Below are positions 12,601 to 25,789 of a stretch of DNA of 64,000 bases, piece by piece. Position 1 is the stretch's first letter; the number at the start of each line of letters is the position of its first letter. The notes under the pieces were generated by a model. It did no database searches. It saw nothing but the letters and a program-made list of their open reading frames with translations, and had not been told where the DNA came from. Made by a program: the position numbers and the translations under genes. Origin of the DNA: Antedon mediterranea (taxonomy: Eukaryota; Animalia; Echinodermata); contig NC_092676.1 of NCBI RefSeq assembly GCF_964355755.1, positions 11,571,888-11,635,887 of the forward strand, given 5' to 3'.

Positions 12601-15600
12601 TACAAATTTCAAAGAGCGCGCATTGCGCTTCTACGTGTCAAATTCTCTTCCAATCCTTATATTTATTTGCTCAATTCATTATCTTTCGAAATTGTTATCT
12701 TCGAGTTTATTTTGATAATTCCATCATACCAAAAAATTTGAACTTGATGTGTGTCCCATAATTTCACCTATGCTACACTGTATATAGATATACAGTATAT
12801 ACTGTACATTGTATATGGCATATAATAGGCATAACTCAGCAATATAAGGGTATAATAGGATGGCATACATCAACATTTTCCTATCGTATGTTAACGTACG
12901 TACATGTTTAAAAAAAATTAATTTCATTAAAATGATAAAAATGATCACCTATAATTCGTCAAAGTGACGAATTAAATTCTAGTGAGAAATTGTTTTTGTA
13001 AAAAAAAAATGTTTCTTTGCAATTTCTTTCTGTACAGATTTTGTGTAACAAATATCTCAAAAAGTTTAATGTCAATGATTACCAAAATTTCACAATGTCT
13101 TTCAAATACTTTAACTTAGTCCTAATAAGCTTTTCAGCGTGATCACTCATCCGTGATGTCAATTATACGCCATTTTGTGAAATCACATTATCAATCATAT
13201 CTCCATAATTAATTATCACATATTAATGAAATTCACTACACGTAAACTTCAGGTAAAAGGTAAAAATATTAGCAAATAAAAACGCACGCGCACGTAGGGT
13301 CATGCGCGTGAAATCGCGCGTTAAAAATTAAAATAGCTCAAAATTACGTTTTGATCAATTTAGAGCATGAATTAGGCCATTTGCGTGTTTTACAAAATTA
13401 CTGGGCAAAAACACGTTTTTGCGCGTGCGTACATAGAAAGCGTAAAAAATAACAACTTTTTGTACAAATTGCATTCTACTCATCTTCCATAGTACATTCA
13501 CCAAATTTGAGTCCATTTCGACTTAAAATAGTGCTATACGAGCCTGTTAAAAATGACAAAATGCGCATATTAATTGTACAAAAGTGCTATAAATGGTAAA
13601 AAGTAGGGCCTTTTTAAAATGAATATAACTCTTCAGAATGAAAGGTGACCCTCAATTTTTTTAACTTATCATGGAAGCCAATGAGTTGTATAAATAAATG
13701 TATATACACATTAGACGTACAAAATGGTATGACGTCATCATTTGGCCACATGAATTTTGAAAATAGGGGTTTTTCCCCTTTTGTCATAGACCACCTTATT
13801 CAACAGAGCGCAACTCGCTTATCTGTGATCGATTTTCTTTTAATTTTTAACATATTCTACCTCAACCAATTATGTTACTTATGAGTTGCCAATATTTTCG
13901 TTTGGATAACGTTATCACGTCTTAAAATTTAAATAACGGTGGTTACGTAATTTTACCTACAACGTATATTTGAATACCTTACAGCTCTTCTGAATTAAAG
14001 TTGACCTCGATGTTTATAATTTAGTATGATAGCTGGTGAAATGTAGATATGAATTCATACAAAAATTAAGCCTATCAGATGTTGTGACGTTATCATATGG
14101 CCAGTTGAATTTAAAAAGTAGTTTTTTCATCTCTTTCGTCAAAGTTATACAATTTTTAAAGAGCGCGCACGGCCCGTCTACGTGCCAAATTTTCTTCCAA
14201 TTGTTATATTTTATTGCTAAATTAATTATCTTTCAATATTGTTATCCACAAGTTTTTTTTGATAATGTCATCAGTGCCAAACACTTAGAACATGATGTGT
14301 GTCCGTAATTTCACCTATGCTACACTGTATATAGATATACACAGTACAGTATATACTGTACATATTGTATATGGCATATAATAGGCACAACTCAGCACTA
14401 TAAGCGTATAATAGGATGGCATACATCAACATTTTCCGATTGTATGTTAACATACGTGCATGTTTCAAAAATATGAATGTCAATAAAATGATAAAAATGA
14501 TCACCTATAATTCGTCAAAGTGACGAATTAAATTCTAGTGAGAAATTGTTTTTGTCAAAAAAAAATGTTTCTTCGCAATTTCTTTCTGTACAGATTTTGT
14601 GTAACAAATATCTCAAAAAGTTTAATGTCAATGATTACCAAAATTTCACAATGTCTTTCAAATACTTTAACTTAGTCCTAATAAGCTTTTCAGCGTGACA
14701 ACTCATCCTTGACGTCATTTATACGCCATTTTGCAAAATCACATTATCAATCACATCTCCATAATTCATTATCACATATTAATGAAATTCACTACACGTA
14801 AACTTCTGGTCAAGGGTAAATATATTAGCAAATAAAAACGCACGTGCACGTAGGGTCATGTGCGTGAAATCGCGCGTTAAAAATTTAAAATGCTCAAAAT
14901 TAAGTTTTGATCAATTTAGAGCATGAATTAGGCCATTTGCGTGTTTCAAAAAATTACTGCGCAAACAAAAATTTTGCGCGCGCGATACTTAAAAAGCGTA
15001 AAAAATATGATTTTTTTTTACAAATCTCATTCTACTCACCATCCTTAGTACATTCACCAAATTTGAGTCAGTTCCGACTTTAAATAACGCTATACGAGCA
15101 GGTTAAAAATGACAAAATGCGCAAATTAATTGAATCAAAGTGATGAAAATGGTGAAAAATAAGGCCTTTTTAAAATGAATATAACTCTTCAGAATGGCAG
15201 GTGACCCCCAATTTTTTTAACTTATTCGGGAAGCCATTGGGTTGTAGATACATATTCATGTACACATTAGACATACAAAATGGTATGACGTCATCAAATG
15301 GCCACTTCAATTTAAAAATTAGTAATTTTTATCTTTTTGTGTGGGTTTTCACATTCAATAGAGCGCATCACCGTTATTTGAGCTCGATTTTTGCAGAAAT
15401 TTTAGTATGTGCTTGGCTCAAATAATTATCTTTCTCATGAGTTGTCAACATTTTTATTTTGATGACGTCATCACACGGAAAACCATGAATAACCTAGGTC
15501 GTGTAATTTCAGCTACACCATACATTTGAATATCTTATAGCTCTTCGGAATTAAAGGTGAACTTGAAGATTATAACTTATTATGAAAGCTGATGAAATGT

Positions 15601-17658
15601 AGATTTGAATTCATATAAAAATTAAGCCTATCGGATGTTGTGATGTTATCATATGGCCAGTTGAAGTTAAAACGTTGTTTTTAAATTTCTTTAGTCGAAG
15701 TTATACAAATTTCAAAGAGCGCGCATTGCGCTTCTACGTGTCAAATTCTCTTCCAATCCTTATATTTATTTGCTCAATTCATTATCTTTCGAAATTGTCA
15801 TCTTCGAGTTTATTTTGATAATTCTATCATACCAAAAAATTTGAACATATGATGTTGGTCCCGTAATTTCACGTATGCTACACTGTATATAGATATACAG
15901 TATATACTGTACATATTGTATATGACACATAGGTACAACTCAGCACTATAAGTGTATATGCATCATGTCATAGGATGGCATACATCAACATTTTTCGATT
16001 GTATGTTAACGTACGTGCATGTTTAAAAAAATATTAATGTCAATAACATTATAAAAATGATCACCTATAATTCGTCAAAGTGACGAATTAAATTCTAGTG
16101 AGAAATTGTTTTTGTAAAAAAAAAATGTTTCTTCACAAATTCTTTCTGTACAGATTTTGTTTAACAAATATCTCAAAAAGTTTAATGTCAATGATTACCA
16201 AAATTTCAGAATGTCTTTCAAATACTTTAACTTAGTCCTAATAAGCTTTTCAGCGTGATCACTCATCCGTGACGTCATTTATACGCCATTTTGTGAAATA
16301 ACATTATCGATCATATCTTCATAATTAATTATCACATATTAATGAAATTTACTACACGTAAACTTCAGGTCAAAGGTAAAAATATTAGCAAATAAAAACG
16401 CACGCGCACGTAGGGTCATGCGCGTGAAATCGCGCGTTAAAAATTTAAAAAGCTCAAAATTATGTTTTGATCAATTTAGAGCATGAATTGGGCCATTTGC
16501 GTGTTTTAAAAAATTACTGCGCAAAAACACGTTTTTGCGCGTGCGTACACAGAAAGCGTAAAAAATACAATTTTTTTGTACAAACTGCATTCTACTCATC
16601 TTCCTTGGTACATCCACCAAATTTGAGTCCATTTCGACTTAAAATAGTGCTATACGAGCACGTTAAAAATGACAAAATGCGCACATTAATTGTACAAAAG
16701 TGCTAAAAATGATAAAAAATAAGGCATTTCTGAAATGAAAATAATTCTTCAGAATGCACGGTGACTCCCAATTTTTTTAACTTATTATGGAAGCCAATGA
16801 GTTGTAGATATAAATGTATATACACATTATATGTACAAAGTGGTATAACGTCATCATTTGGCCACATGAATTTTTAAAATAGGGGTTTTCCCCCTTTTGT
16901 CATAGACCACCATATTCAACAGAGCGCAACTCGCTTATCTGTGATCGATTTTCTTTTAATTTTTAATACATTCTACCTCAACCAATTATGTTACTTATGA
17001 GTTGCCAATATTTTCTTTTGGATGACGTCATCACGTCTTAAAATTTAAATAACGGTGGTTACGTAATTTTACCTACAACGTATATTTTAATACCTTACAG
17101 CTCTTCTGAATTAAAGTTGACCTCGATGTTTATAATTTAGTATGATAGCTGGTGAAATGTAGATATGAATTCATACAAAAATTAAGCCTATCAGATGTTG
17201 TGACGTTATCATATGGCCAGTTGAAGTTAAAAAGTAGTTTTTTAATCTCTTTCGTCAAAGTTATACAATCTTTAAAGAGCGCGCACGGCGTTTCTACGTG
17301 CTAGATTCTCTTCCAAATTCTTATATTTATTTGCTCAATTCATTATCTTTCAAAATTTTCATCTTTATGTTCATTTTGTTAATTCCATCATACCAGAAAA
17401 TTAGAACATGATGTGCGTCCCGTAATTTCACCTATGCTACAGTGTATATAGATATACAGTATATACTGTACATATTGTATATGGCATATAATAGGCACAA
17501 TTCAGCACTATAAGCGTATGCATCATGTCATAAGGATGGCGTACATCAACTTTTTACGATCGTATGTTAACGTACATGCATCTTTAAAAAGTGTTAATTT
17601 CATTAAAATGATAAAAATGATCACCTATAATTCGTCAAAGTGACGAATTAAATTCTAG
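6695..17658 (+). repeat. Tandem array of seven ~1.55-1.58 kb Helentron/HINE (DINE-1-like) non-autonomous rolling-circle units
   Basis: Units: 6695-8274, 8275-9858, 9859-11403, 11404-12982, 12983-14538, 14539-16098, 16099-17658. Each ends with subTIR AATGATCACCTA, hairpin TAATTCGTCA-AAG-TGACGAATTA and CTAG. Units 1, 2 and 4 start TTAGGTGATCATTT..AAATGATCACCTA plus a (TTATTC)n microsatellite. The flanks are T-rich with no TSD. Confidence 0.88.
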
Positions 17659-17764
17659 TTTATTATAATTCTGTGAACTTTACAGTTGCTTGGCCTAATG
17701 CTTATCAGTCTCAACTTTCTTAGTAACGTAAGTTACATTTCCTTTAATGTTTCAACATTTTGAT

Positions 17765-19656
17765 TTATCCGTTCCCTCTCCTGGTCTGAAATGTAGAACA
17801 ATCTACCCGTACAACCCTTTGTTTCAATTTCAACACGGCAGAAAAATCCATATTTTCATCCTTACTATTTGGCCACTGAAATATGTTCTTGTTAATTCTG
17901 CTGCCAGATTTTAAAAAAGACACCAACGCATCTTCATCATCTATATCAACAACTTTGCCGATGTACCATTCTTCATCATATAATGCCGATACCCAATCAT
18001 CAACATGGAATTGAATTTTGCTGCTTTGCTTGGTATTTTGCTTTTGACGTTTCGTTAAGCTATGGACTATCCATCCGGGGCACATGTTATCAGCAGAAGA
18101 GGTTTCTTGACACGCTCCACAGTAGCAAGATACATTGCGTACCATCACTTCTCCACTGATGCCTCTCACTGCATGGAGATTTGTAGTCCCGGGAACAGGT
18201 CTTATGTTTGGCCATTTCATTTGTATTTCCGATTCTGCAGCCACACATTCCTCATTAGTAACAAAAAAGTACTCTATGCGTGAGTTTTCTCTTTCTTGAC
18301 AAGCCCAAGCAAAGAAGTCGTGGGCATCTTGGATCACTGCCGCACCACGTTTTACGGCTTCGTCCGCCAAGCGTTTTACTGTTCCGCCAATGCCGTCGCA
18401 TGGCCCTTTTCCATGCCCAGCTTCGAAGTAGTCCCAGCTGGCATTAATATTATGGAAAAGTATGTTGTGATTAGATATGATGGAGAATATTGTTTTATTC
18501 CGGTATTGTGATGTTGGACTATCGGTCCAATAATGGATAGTCTTTAATTCTGGCAAGATCCCTCTCAATTTTGGCACCAGCTTCTTTAAAATTGCAAACA
18601 CAGTAGAAGCGTTGTGTGCGCGGGTGTCTGAAACCGCTACCATGCTATGATGCTTAATTTCGCCATCATGAAAGTAAGCAACTATAGGGTGTAAAGTAAC
18701 ACCGGTCTGATTCCAGTAGGCGCTTTGCACTTCTTCCATCGGCACACATGTGTAATTCTGAGCGAAATCCATATGTATGACGCATTCTCCTTCTTGCAGG
18801 TTTTCTTTACACTCTCTTATAGCAGTGTATTGTGCTGTAACCCGTTGTGCATGTTTTCGGAAACCAATAGTTGTAGTTACAAATAAGTCTGCAAATGGGC
18901 TTTTGTCGACTCTTTGTTGAACAAGTTTAGTTTTCTTCTTACCGAAATTGTCCGGGACACGTTTCCATTCTTCATACTGGATCTCTTGATCTGGTATACG
19001 TTTGGCAAGATCAGATATCTGTGTGTCGGTGATTGATTTGATTGCTTCATCGGGGCTTGTGATTGTGATCACACCTAGAGATTTTAATACCTTTAACTGA
19101 AGGGCAAAGTTCTGATGTTTTTGGCAAAGACTTGTGTTTCTTGCTGTGAATTTGACAAGTTTAATATTAGCATTTCTTTGTCGGATTTTCTTAAACGAGG
19201 AAAAAGAAACCTTCCGTTGCTCGGGATTTTCACTTTTGTACTTGGCAAACAAGTTCATCATGTAATCATTGAGGTATCTTATCTGGCGTTTTTCTTTGGT
19301 AGAAGATGTTTTGCAGGCATCTCGTTTTCCTGGCATAATCCTGGAGTTGTCATCTCTTTCCATGAAGCCTAATACTTCATTATGAAGAACTCCCCACGCC
19401 TTTTTTACATACTTCGCAGCTGTGATTCCTTGCTCTTTCGTCTTGGATAGGTTACGTTGACCAAGGCCCGACTCCCTTGAAACACGCGCGATTAACCTGT
19501 ATTTCTTGATTATCTTTCCAGATAGAACATTGCTAATCATTCTTCTGGCCTTCTGCCCTTGATTTATCTCTGTGCTCTCTCTTATTTCATCAAGCAGTGC
19601 ATGTGAAAGCAGGAGTTGTTTTTTCAACCCTTTGGGTACTGATCTTGGTGACATAC
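17765..19656 (-). CDS. Sola2-type DDD transposase, main exon (C-terminus probably frameshifted)
   Basis: 629-aa ORF with HMDFAQNY..EVQSAYW..TLHP, WTDSPTSQYRNK and FEAGHGKGPCDGIGG motifs, SCYCGAC, and a Tudor-like tail WVSALYDEEWYIGKV. Acceptor TTTTCTAG| at 19657. Confidence 0.8.
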
Positions 19657-19940
19657 CTAGAAAATTGGAAATTACATCAATACTAAATTAAGTACAGTTT
19701 AGAATATTTAAATATTATCTCAATTGATATGTTCAGGAAGATAATGGGTTAAGCGGCATGTAATGGGCAGAAAAAGAAAATACGTATATTCACATCACCA
19801 TACACGACATGGAACAAGTTATCATTTATAAGGCCTTGAGTACATTCTGTGGATATTTGCTCTATATTATAAATAGCCAATATTATCATTATTAATAATA
19901 ATTATGTGTGAATAAAACAGTACATTCATTCGTGACGTAC

Positions 19941-20196
19941 CTGCATTTCGTAAATCCTGATTTGCTTTCGATCTTGGAGAGTCAGTACTACTCATGGACG
20001 AGTCATGACTGGTAGATGGGATGCAATTCTTATTTACTTTCTTCAGAGCTCTTTCATAGCGCTTGTTTATGGTTTTTTTTTGTCTGGTCATTTTCTGTAA
20101 CTCCAGATTTAATTTTTCGATGCGACGATGGGCTCGACTTAGTGCTCTGCCAACACGTTTTCGAGTAGAAATACGTCTCTTAAACGACATCTTGAT
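19941..20196 (-). pseudogene. Sola2 transposase N-terminal exon, 3' part (split by the L2 insertion)
   Basis: IKMSFKRR...SPRSKANQDLRNA, then donor G|GTACGT at 19941/19940, in phase with the main exon. Confidence 0.7.
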
Positions 20197-20808
20197 GCAG
20201 CTGAAACAACGGTTGGTTTTTAAAATTTTCTAATACTGCTGCTCTAAAAACATCGAAAAATCTCAGTTCTTAACCAACGGATTTTTAATATAGATAGCAC
20301 TGAAGACATACGAAAACTGCTGAACTTAAATAAACCTGCATCGGAGTTGAAATCTGTGTTGAAACTTGGTTTTTCAAATTGATCATCAGGTAGGCTCCAG
20401 TCAGTGTATTGTAACGCTAAGCCGTTACGTTGGTCCCCCACGAAAACCGATCGTATAGTAGGTTACTCAAATAAATTGAATCGACCATTCTATAATTTCC
20501 GTCTACTTTAATATTTGACATTAAACTTTTTTGTAAAGAATCAACTTATCAACGATCGTGAAGATCTCGACCTTAGTTACAAGAAATATCAAAGTTTAAT
20601 ATCTCTGTTAGCTGTTTTTACAAATTTAAACTGATTTTACTGAGAAGATTGACACGTATTTTTAGCGCTTTTTGTCAGATCAAAGGAATCGCCGCCCAGT
20701 GCAAGCTATTACGCAACACTGAAAGGACTGTCAAGATCTTTTGTTTTCTTTTGTTTTTGGTCTTCACGCTTGATCGACTCTCGGTTTACAATAGCTTTTT
20801 GATACGAC

Positions 20809-22453
20809 TTGGCGATGGCTGATAAGAAACAGAAAAAGAAAAACGAAAAAAAGAAGATATACAAATGCCAAGCTAATACAAATGGTATACATATGGAAAA
20901 AGAAATGGAGAGGATCGACATATCTGATTCTCCCCCAACACTAACAAAAATGGATTCTAAGCCAAACTCACAAACTGCTTGTTCTCCGCCAACCTTATTG
21001 AGAATCTGTGATGAATTCCCTCCAATAAATGAGCAACATCCTGGATCCTTTGATAAAAGGTTTAACGATATTATTGTCAACTATATGGAAGAAAACTATG
21101 AGCTTAAGCTACAAATTGTAAGAACAGAAAATGAAAATCTCAGAACAGAAAACAAATCACTAAAATCTGAGGTTGAGTCTCTGAAACAAAGGCATCTAAA
21201 AATACACTGTCCCAAAAAAAAATGATGACATTTCTAAAATTAGAGCTGAGATCGACAAATCTAATGAAAGAATGAAAAAATTGGAGAAGGAAAACAAAAA
21301 TCTGAAACTTGACTTTGAGTCTTGGAAGTTATGGGAAAAACGGACAATGAACAAAGAAGAACAAATAAAGACATTACGTCAACAAGTTACAGAAACGGAG
21401 CGTAGCTTATCCATAGCTAAAGACGAAATATATGAACTAAAAAGAACGCAAATTGCCATCGACACCTCAGATTTTGAACTACAACGTAGGACGAGAAAAC
21501 AAATAATGGAAAGTCACACAAGTTCTACGACAACGCAAACAAGGAAAGTTTCTTCTAACACAAACGATTCTATTACACAAACTGAACAATTGATTGATAA
21601 TCTGTTTGAGGAGCTTACCAACAGGCAGCCATCTTCTACTCCTTCAAAACTGACCAAATCAAAATCATCTGCGTCTGCTGCATACCAGGATCAACTAAGC
21701 CAATATAGAAACAAACACAAACAGATACACTCTGATACAGCTTTAGATAAAAAAATCTTGATTATTGGAGATTCGATGATAAAACAGTTTAAACCAAAAC
21801 GACTTAGCAGGTCAACAAATCTGAACGTAATCTGTCAGACAATGAGAGGCGCGAAAATTGATGACATTGCACACAAGGCAGCAGTACTGTCAACAGAACA
21901 TAATGTGGATAGAATTATTCTACACGCGGGAACTAATAACTCCTCAGATGACCCAGCCACTATTGCAGTAAAAATATCATCTCTCGGAGAATCTTTACAA
22001 CCGAGAAGAGTAACAATCTCCTCGATAATTCATCGAAAACATGAATCTCTTACAGAATCTAAGCGTATAAACGATGCCAATGACAAGATACGAGCAGTTG
22101 CTAGACAGCGAAATTGGGGCTTTATTGACAATAGTTGTATCATGTCAAAACACCTGTCTTCGGATGGAACTCACCTAAACCAAATTGGAGTTGGGTCATT
22201 TGCCAAAAATGTTATAAACCACATAAATGGAAATTCGTGCGACGAATCTTTGTCTGTACCTGTGCCTGACATACACAAGCCACAGTCGTCGATTTTTCAT
22301 CGTGCGAATATGTATCAACGACTAACGCAAGCAAATCGTCCATTGGAGAATCATCAATTTCTACAAATAAAACCCCACAGAGATCAAATACACCAAGAGT
22401 GGAGCCAGTACCTGGACACAGTCCGCCGACTGCAAAAGGACACAGCGCCATAA
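20809..22453 (+). CDS. L2 ORF1: coiled coil plus SGNH/GDSL esterase-like domain, frameshifted at the A-run near 21215
   Basis: Heptad-rich N-terminus. IIGDSM, LHAGTNN and DGTHLN match the SGNH blocks typical of CR1/L2 ORF1. Confidence 0.8.
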
Positions 22454-25400
22454 GTACTCATTTTTCTAAATTAAAATTATGTGTACTTAATGCTCGATCC
22501 ACGCAACGCAAAGCCTCAAGAAAAGGAGTGGAGCAAGTATCTGGAAATGGTGAGACGAGTACTAAATCCACAGAAAAGCATAGGTCTAAAGAAAAAGCAC
22601 ATCTTAATTTTGGCGTTCTAAATGCACGTTCACTGCGTAACAAGTGTGATGAATTTGTGGACTTAGTTGTTAGCTATAATCTAGATGTAGTGGCGGTGTC
22701 TGAAACCTGGTTAAGACCAGACGATGATCTTGTGATTGGAGATTTAACTCCACTAGGATATCACTTTGTGCATGTCCCTAGGGTGGACAAAACTGGGGGT
22801 GGTGTTGGAATTCTGTCTAAGTCAAGCTTAGTTGTTAACTTGAAAACGGATGTACATACATATGCATCATTTGAGGCTATACATGTGCATATTACGTCTA
22901 ACTCGAAATCTCTTCGTTTAGTTAACATATATCGACCACCAACCTTGTCTGTTACAGAGTTCCTAAATGATTTTGAAAAAATGTTGTTTGACTTTATTCT
23001 CTTTTCGTCTGAAATTGTTTTCTGCGGAGACTTTAATATCCATATGGATAATAAAAAAAATGTGGCAGCGGATAGATTTAAAACACTGCTTAGATCGTTT
23101 GGTCTCCAGCAGCATATAAATGAACCCACACACTGTAGTGGGCACTGCCTCGACCTTATCATCACTAGAGATGATCTACTGCTCTCGGATGTAAAGATAC
23201 ACCCTGGCCTGTCAGATCATTTTGCCATATTTTGCAAGTTTGATCTTAAACGGCCCACAACACACAAAACTGTAAGAAAAAGTCGCAACCTAAAACAAAT
23301 TGATATTGAGAAATTCACAAATGACATTAAAGCCTGTGTGTCTAATATAACCGATGTAAGTGTAATTCTTGAAGACAGTGTAGAAAGCTATTTTGATCTC
23401 AGAGCTGTACTTGATTTACATGCGCCAGTTCAGAACAAAACAATTAGGCAAAAGGAAGCTAAACCGTGGTATACCGATGAAATTCGATCTGAAAGGAAAG
23501 TACGTCGTCAACTTGAACGTAAATGGATGAAATCAAAGCTTCTTAAGGATAGACAGGAATACTGTGTTCAAAGATGCGTTGTAAATGGACTGATTGAAAA
23601 GGCCAAGACGCGGTATTACTCTAGTCTGGTTAGTGACTGCACAGGTGATCAAAAGAAACTTTTCAATATAGTAAATAAACTTTTACATCACTCCAAGTCA
23701 TCGGTCCTTCCTTCGTCTGTCTCCGATGAAGCTCTTGCTGAAAGATTTTCTGTGTTTTTTGTAAATAAAATTAAATCAATTCGTGATTCACTAGAAAATG
23801 AAAATACTGCCGAAGTTATAACTGCTTCTGATAAATGTAATATATCTTATGGTTTAACTAGGTCTATACGGTTTTCTCAGTTCGAACCTGCAAGTGATGA
23901 GGAAATTTTAAAAATTGTCAAAAATTCTCCCTCTAAATCGTGTGCACTTGACCCGGTACCAACTTCACTGATTAAGAAATGTACTTCTGCATTTATTCCA
24001 TTAATCACACATATTGTTAATAAGTCTCTTGAAAGTGGTTCTTTCCCAGAGTCTCTAAAAGTCACCCATGTTCGACCCACATTGAAAAAAACAGGTCTAG
24101 ATCCCGAGATTCTGAAAAACTACAGACCTATCTCGAATCTTAGTTTTTTAGGAAAAATAATTGAGAAGGTTGTTTCTAAACGGATTTTGTCGCATGTACA
24201 AAAACATGGCCTACTTGATCCGTATCAATCTGCCTACAAAGCGCATCACAGTACTGAAACGGCATTACTTCGTGTAAATAATGACATCCTACGTGGGATG
24301 GATGATGGAAAGCTAACTGCTCTAGTATTATTAGATTTAAGTGCAGCATTTGATACGGTTGATCATTCTGTGTTGCTAAATAGACTCAGTACTTATATTG
24401 GTATTGAAGGAAATGCACTTGATTGGTGTCGGTCATATTTGGAAAAACGACCTCAACACGTATGTATGGGTGATGCTATTTCAAAAGCTTCTTTTCTAAA
24501 CTTTTCGGTACCACAAGGATCTGTTCTTGGGCCGCAATGGTTTACTATTTATTTACACCCAATACGGGATATCATAAGTAAATATGATCTGTGCTATCAT
24601 GTTTATGCTGATGATACTCAGATTTATATTTCTTTTAAACCTACTATGAAACACAGTGACATTTCTTTGGAATTGCTCCAACATTGTATCTATGAATTGC
24701 GTGTCTGGATGAAAAACAACTTTCTTAAATTAAATGATGAAAAAACAGAATTTGTTCTCTTTGGATCAAAACAGCAGTTGGAAAAACTGCCACCAAGCTT
24801 TATTCACATTGGTGAAACCCAAATTGACCCGGCTAGGCAGGTTAGAAATCTTGGGGTTGAAATGGATGTGGGTATGACTATGATTTCTCATATCTCAAAA
24901 ACTATTTCTGCGTCGTCTTTTCACTTGCGAAACATTCGAAGGATTCGCAAGTTTATAAATGAGACAGCAGCTAAACAACTTGTTCATGCTTTTGTCACTT
25001 CACGACTAGATATGGGAAACTCTTTGCTATACGGGCTACCACAAAAACAACTCCACAGGCTCCAACTGATTCAAAATACAGCGGCACGAGTTGTTAAAAA
25101 ATTACCAAGATATGGACACATATCAAATACTTTGAAAATATTGCATTGGCTCCCTGTTAGGTACCGCATTGTTTTTAAAATATTACTCTTTGTTTTTAAG
25201 TCTATAAATGGCATGGCTCCTGAGTATATTTCTGACATGCTTAGGCTGTATGTTCCCGGACGTAATCTGCGTTCTAGTGACTCGCTGCTTCTACATCAGC
25301 CTAAGTCTCACCACTCATGGGGTGACAGAGCATTCTCCGTTACTGCTCCTCGTCTGTGGAATGCTCTACCGAGCTCTATAAGATTTTGCAAAACTGTTGA

Positions 25401-25467
25401 TACTTTTAAAAAATTATTAAAAACACATTTATTCATTAAGGCATATGGAAATCATGAGGTTTCTTAA
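22399..25467 (+). CDS. L2 ORF2: APE endonuclease plus reverse transcriptase, uninterrupted
   Basis: LNARSLRNK, VSETW, GDFNIH and SDH (APE); NYRPISNL, LDLSAAFDTV, VPQGSVLGP and YADDTQ (RT); HWLPV..RIVFK C-terminus. Confidence 0.95.
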   Translation: MEPVPGHSPPTAKGHSAISTHFSKLKLCVLNARSTQRKASRKGVEQVSGNGETSTKSTEKHRSKEKAHLNFGVLNARSLRNKCDEFVDLVVSYNLDVVAVSETWLRPDDDLVIGDLTPLGYHFVHVPRVDKTGGGVGILSKSSLVVNLKTDVHTYASFEAIHVHITSNSKSLRLVNIYRPPTLSVTEFLNDFEKMLFDFILFSSEIVFCGDFNIHMDNKKNVAADRFKTLLRSFGLQQHINEPTHCSGHCLDLIITRDDLLLSDVKIHPGLSDHFAIFCKFDLKRPTTHKTVRKSRNLKQIDIEKFTNDIKACVSNITDVSVILEDSVESYFDLRAVLDLHAPVQNKTIRQKEAKPWYTDEIRSERKVRRQLERKWMKSKLLKDRQEYCVQRCVVNGLIEKAKTRYYSSLVSDCTGDQKKLFNIVNKLLHHSKSSVLPSSVSDEALAERFSVFFVNKIKSIRDSLENENTAEVITASDKCNISYGLTRSIRFSQFEPASDEEILKIVKNSPSKSCALDPVPTSLIKKCTSAFIPLITHIVNKSLESGSFPESLKVTHVRPTLKKTGLDPEILKNYRPISNLSFLGKIIEKVVSKRILSHVQKHGLLDPYQSAYKAHHSTETALLRVNNDILRGMDDGKLTALVLLDLSAAFDTVDHSVLLNRLSTYIGIEGNALDWCRSYLEKRPQHVCMGDAISKASFLNFSVPQGSVLGPQWFTIYLHPIRDIISKYDLCYHVYADDTQIYISFKPTMKHSDISLELLQHCIYELRVWMKNNFLKLNDEKTEFVLFGSKQQLEKLPPSFIHIGETQIDPARQVRNLGVEMDVGMTMISHISKTISASSFHLRNIRRIRKFINETAAKQLVHAFVTSRLDMGNSLLYGLPQKQLHRLQLIQNTAARVVKKLPRYGHISNTLKILHWLPVRYRIVFKILLFVFKSINGMAPEYISDMLRLYVPGRNLRSSDSLLLHQPKSHHSWGDRAFSVTAPRLWNALPSSIRFCKTVDTFKKLLKTHLFIKAYGNHEVS

Positions 25468-25789
25468 AGTTGTTTAGACTTAGAATTGTTTTGTATACCT
25501 TTTCCTGGCCAGCATTATCTTTGGGGTGCATCTGTCTTGGTTGTTGTCTCTGAGCACCCGGTCGTCTGTGGCAAGGCAAATGTGTATCCTGCTCCTTTGT
25601 TTGGTCACCTAGGTAGGGGTCCGGGACCGCGACAGAACGACAACGGATGGGGACCCTCCAAAGAAATTGCATTTTATTTGTCAGGAATTTGTATGATTTA
25701 TTTCTTTTTTATTTTTAAATGCGCCTTGAGCACTCTGGAGTGGTATGTGCGCTTTAAAAATCTTATTATTATTATTATTATTATTATTA

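Larger units (their letters stand above)
20197..25789 (+). mobile_element. L2-clade non-LTR retrotransposon, apparently full length
   Basis: Two ORFs, an L2-type 3' stem-loop (GCGCCTTGAGCAC...GTGCGCTTT) and a (TTA)n tail. Removing it restores the Sola2 exon CTTGAT|TATTAGAGG. Confidence 0.88.

Noticed and set aside
7391-16706. Recurrent 74-90 aa ORFs (MTPNFF.., MIIFII..)
   Set aside because: They recur only because the unit is repeated; starts are mostly non-ATG, lengths vary and no domain is recognisable.
20197-20800. Separate DNA element upstream of L2 ORF1
   Set aside because: No TIR or TSD found; treated provisionally as the L2 5' UTR because it lies within the same insertion.
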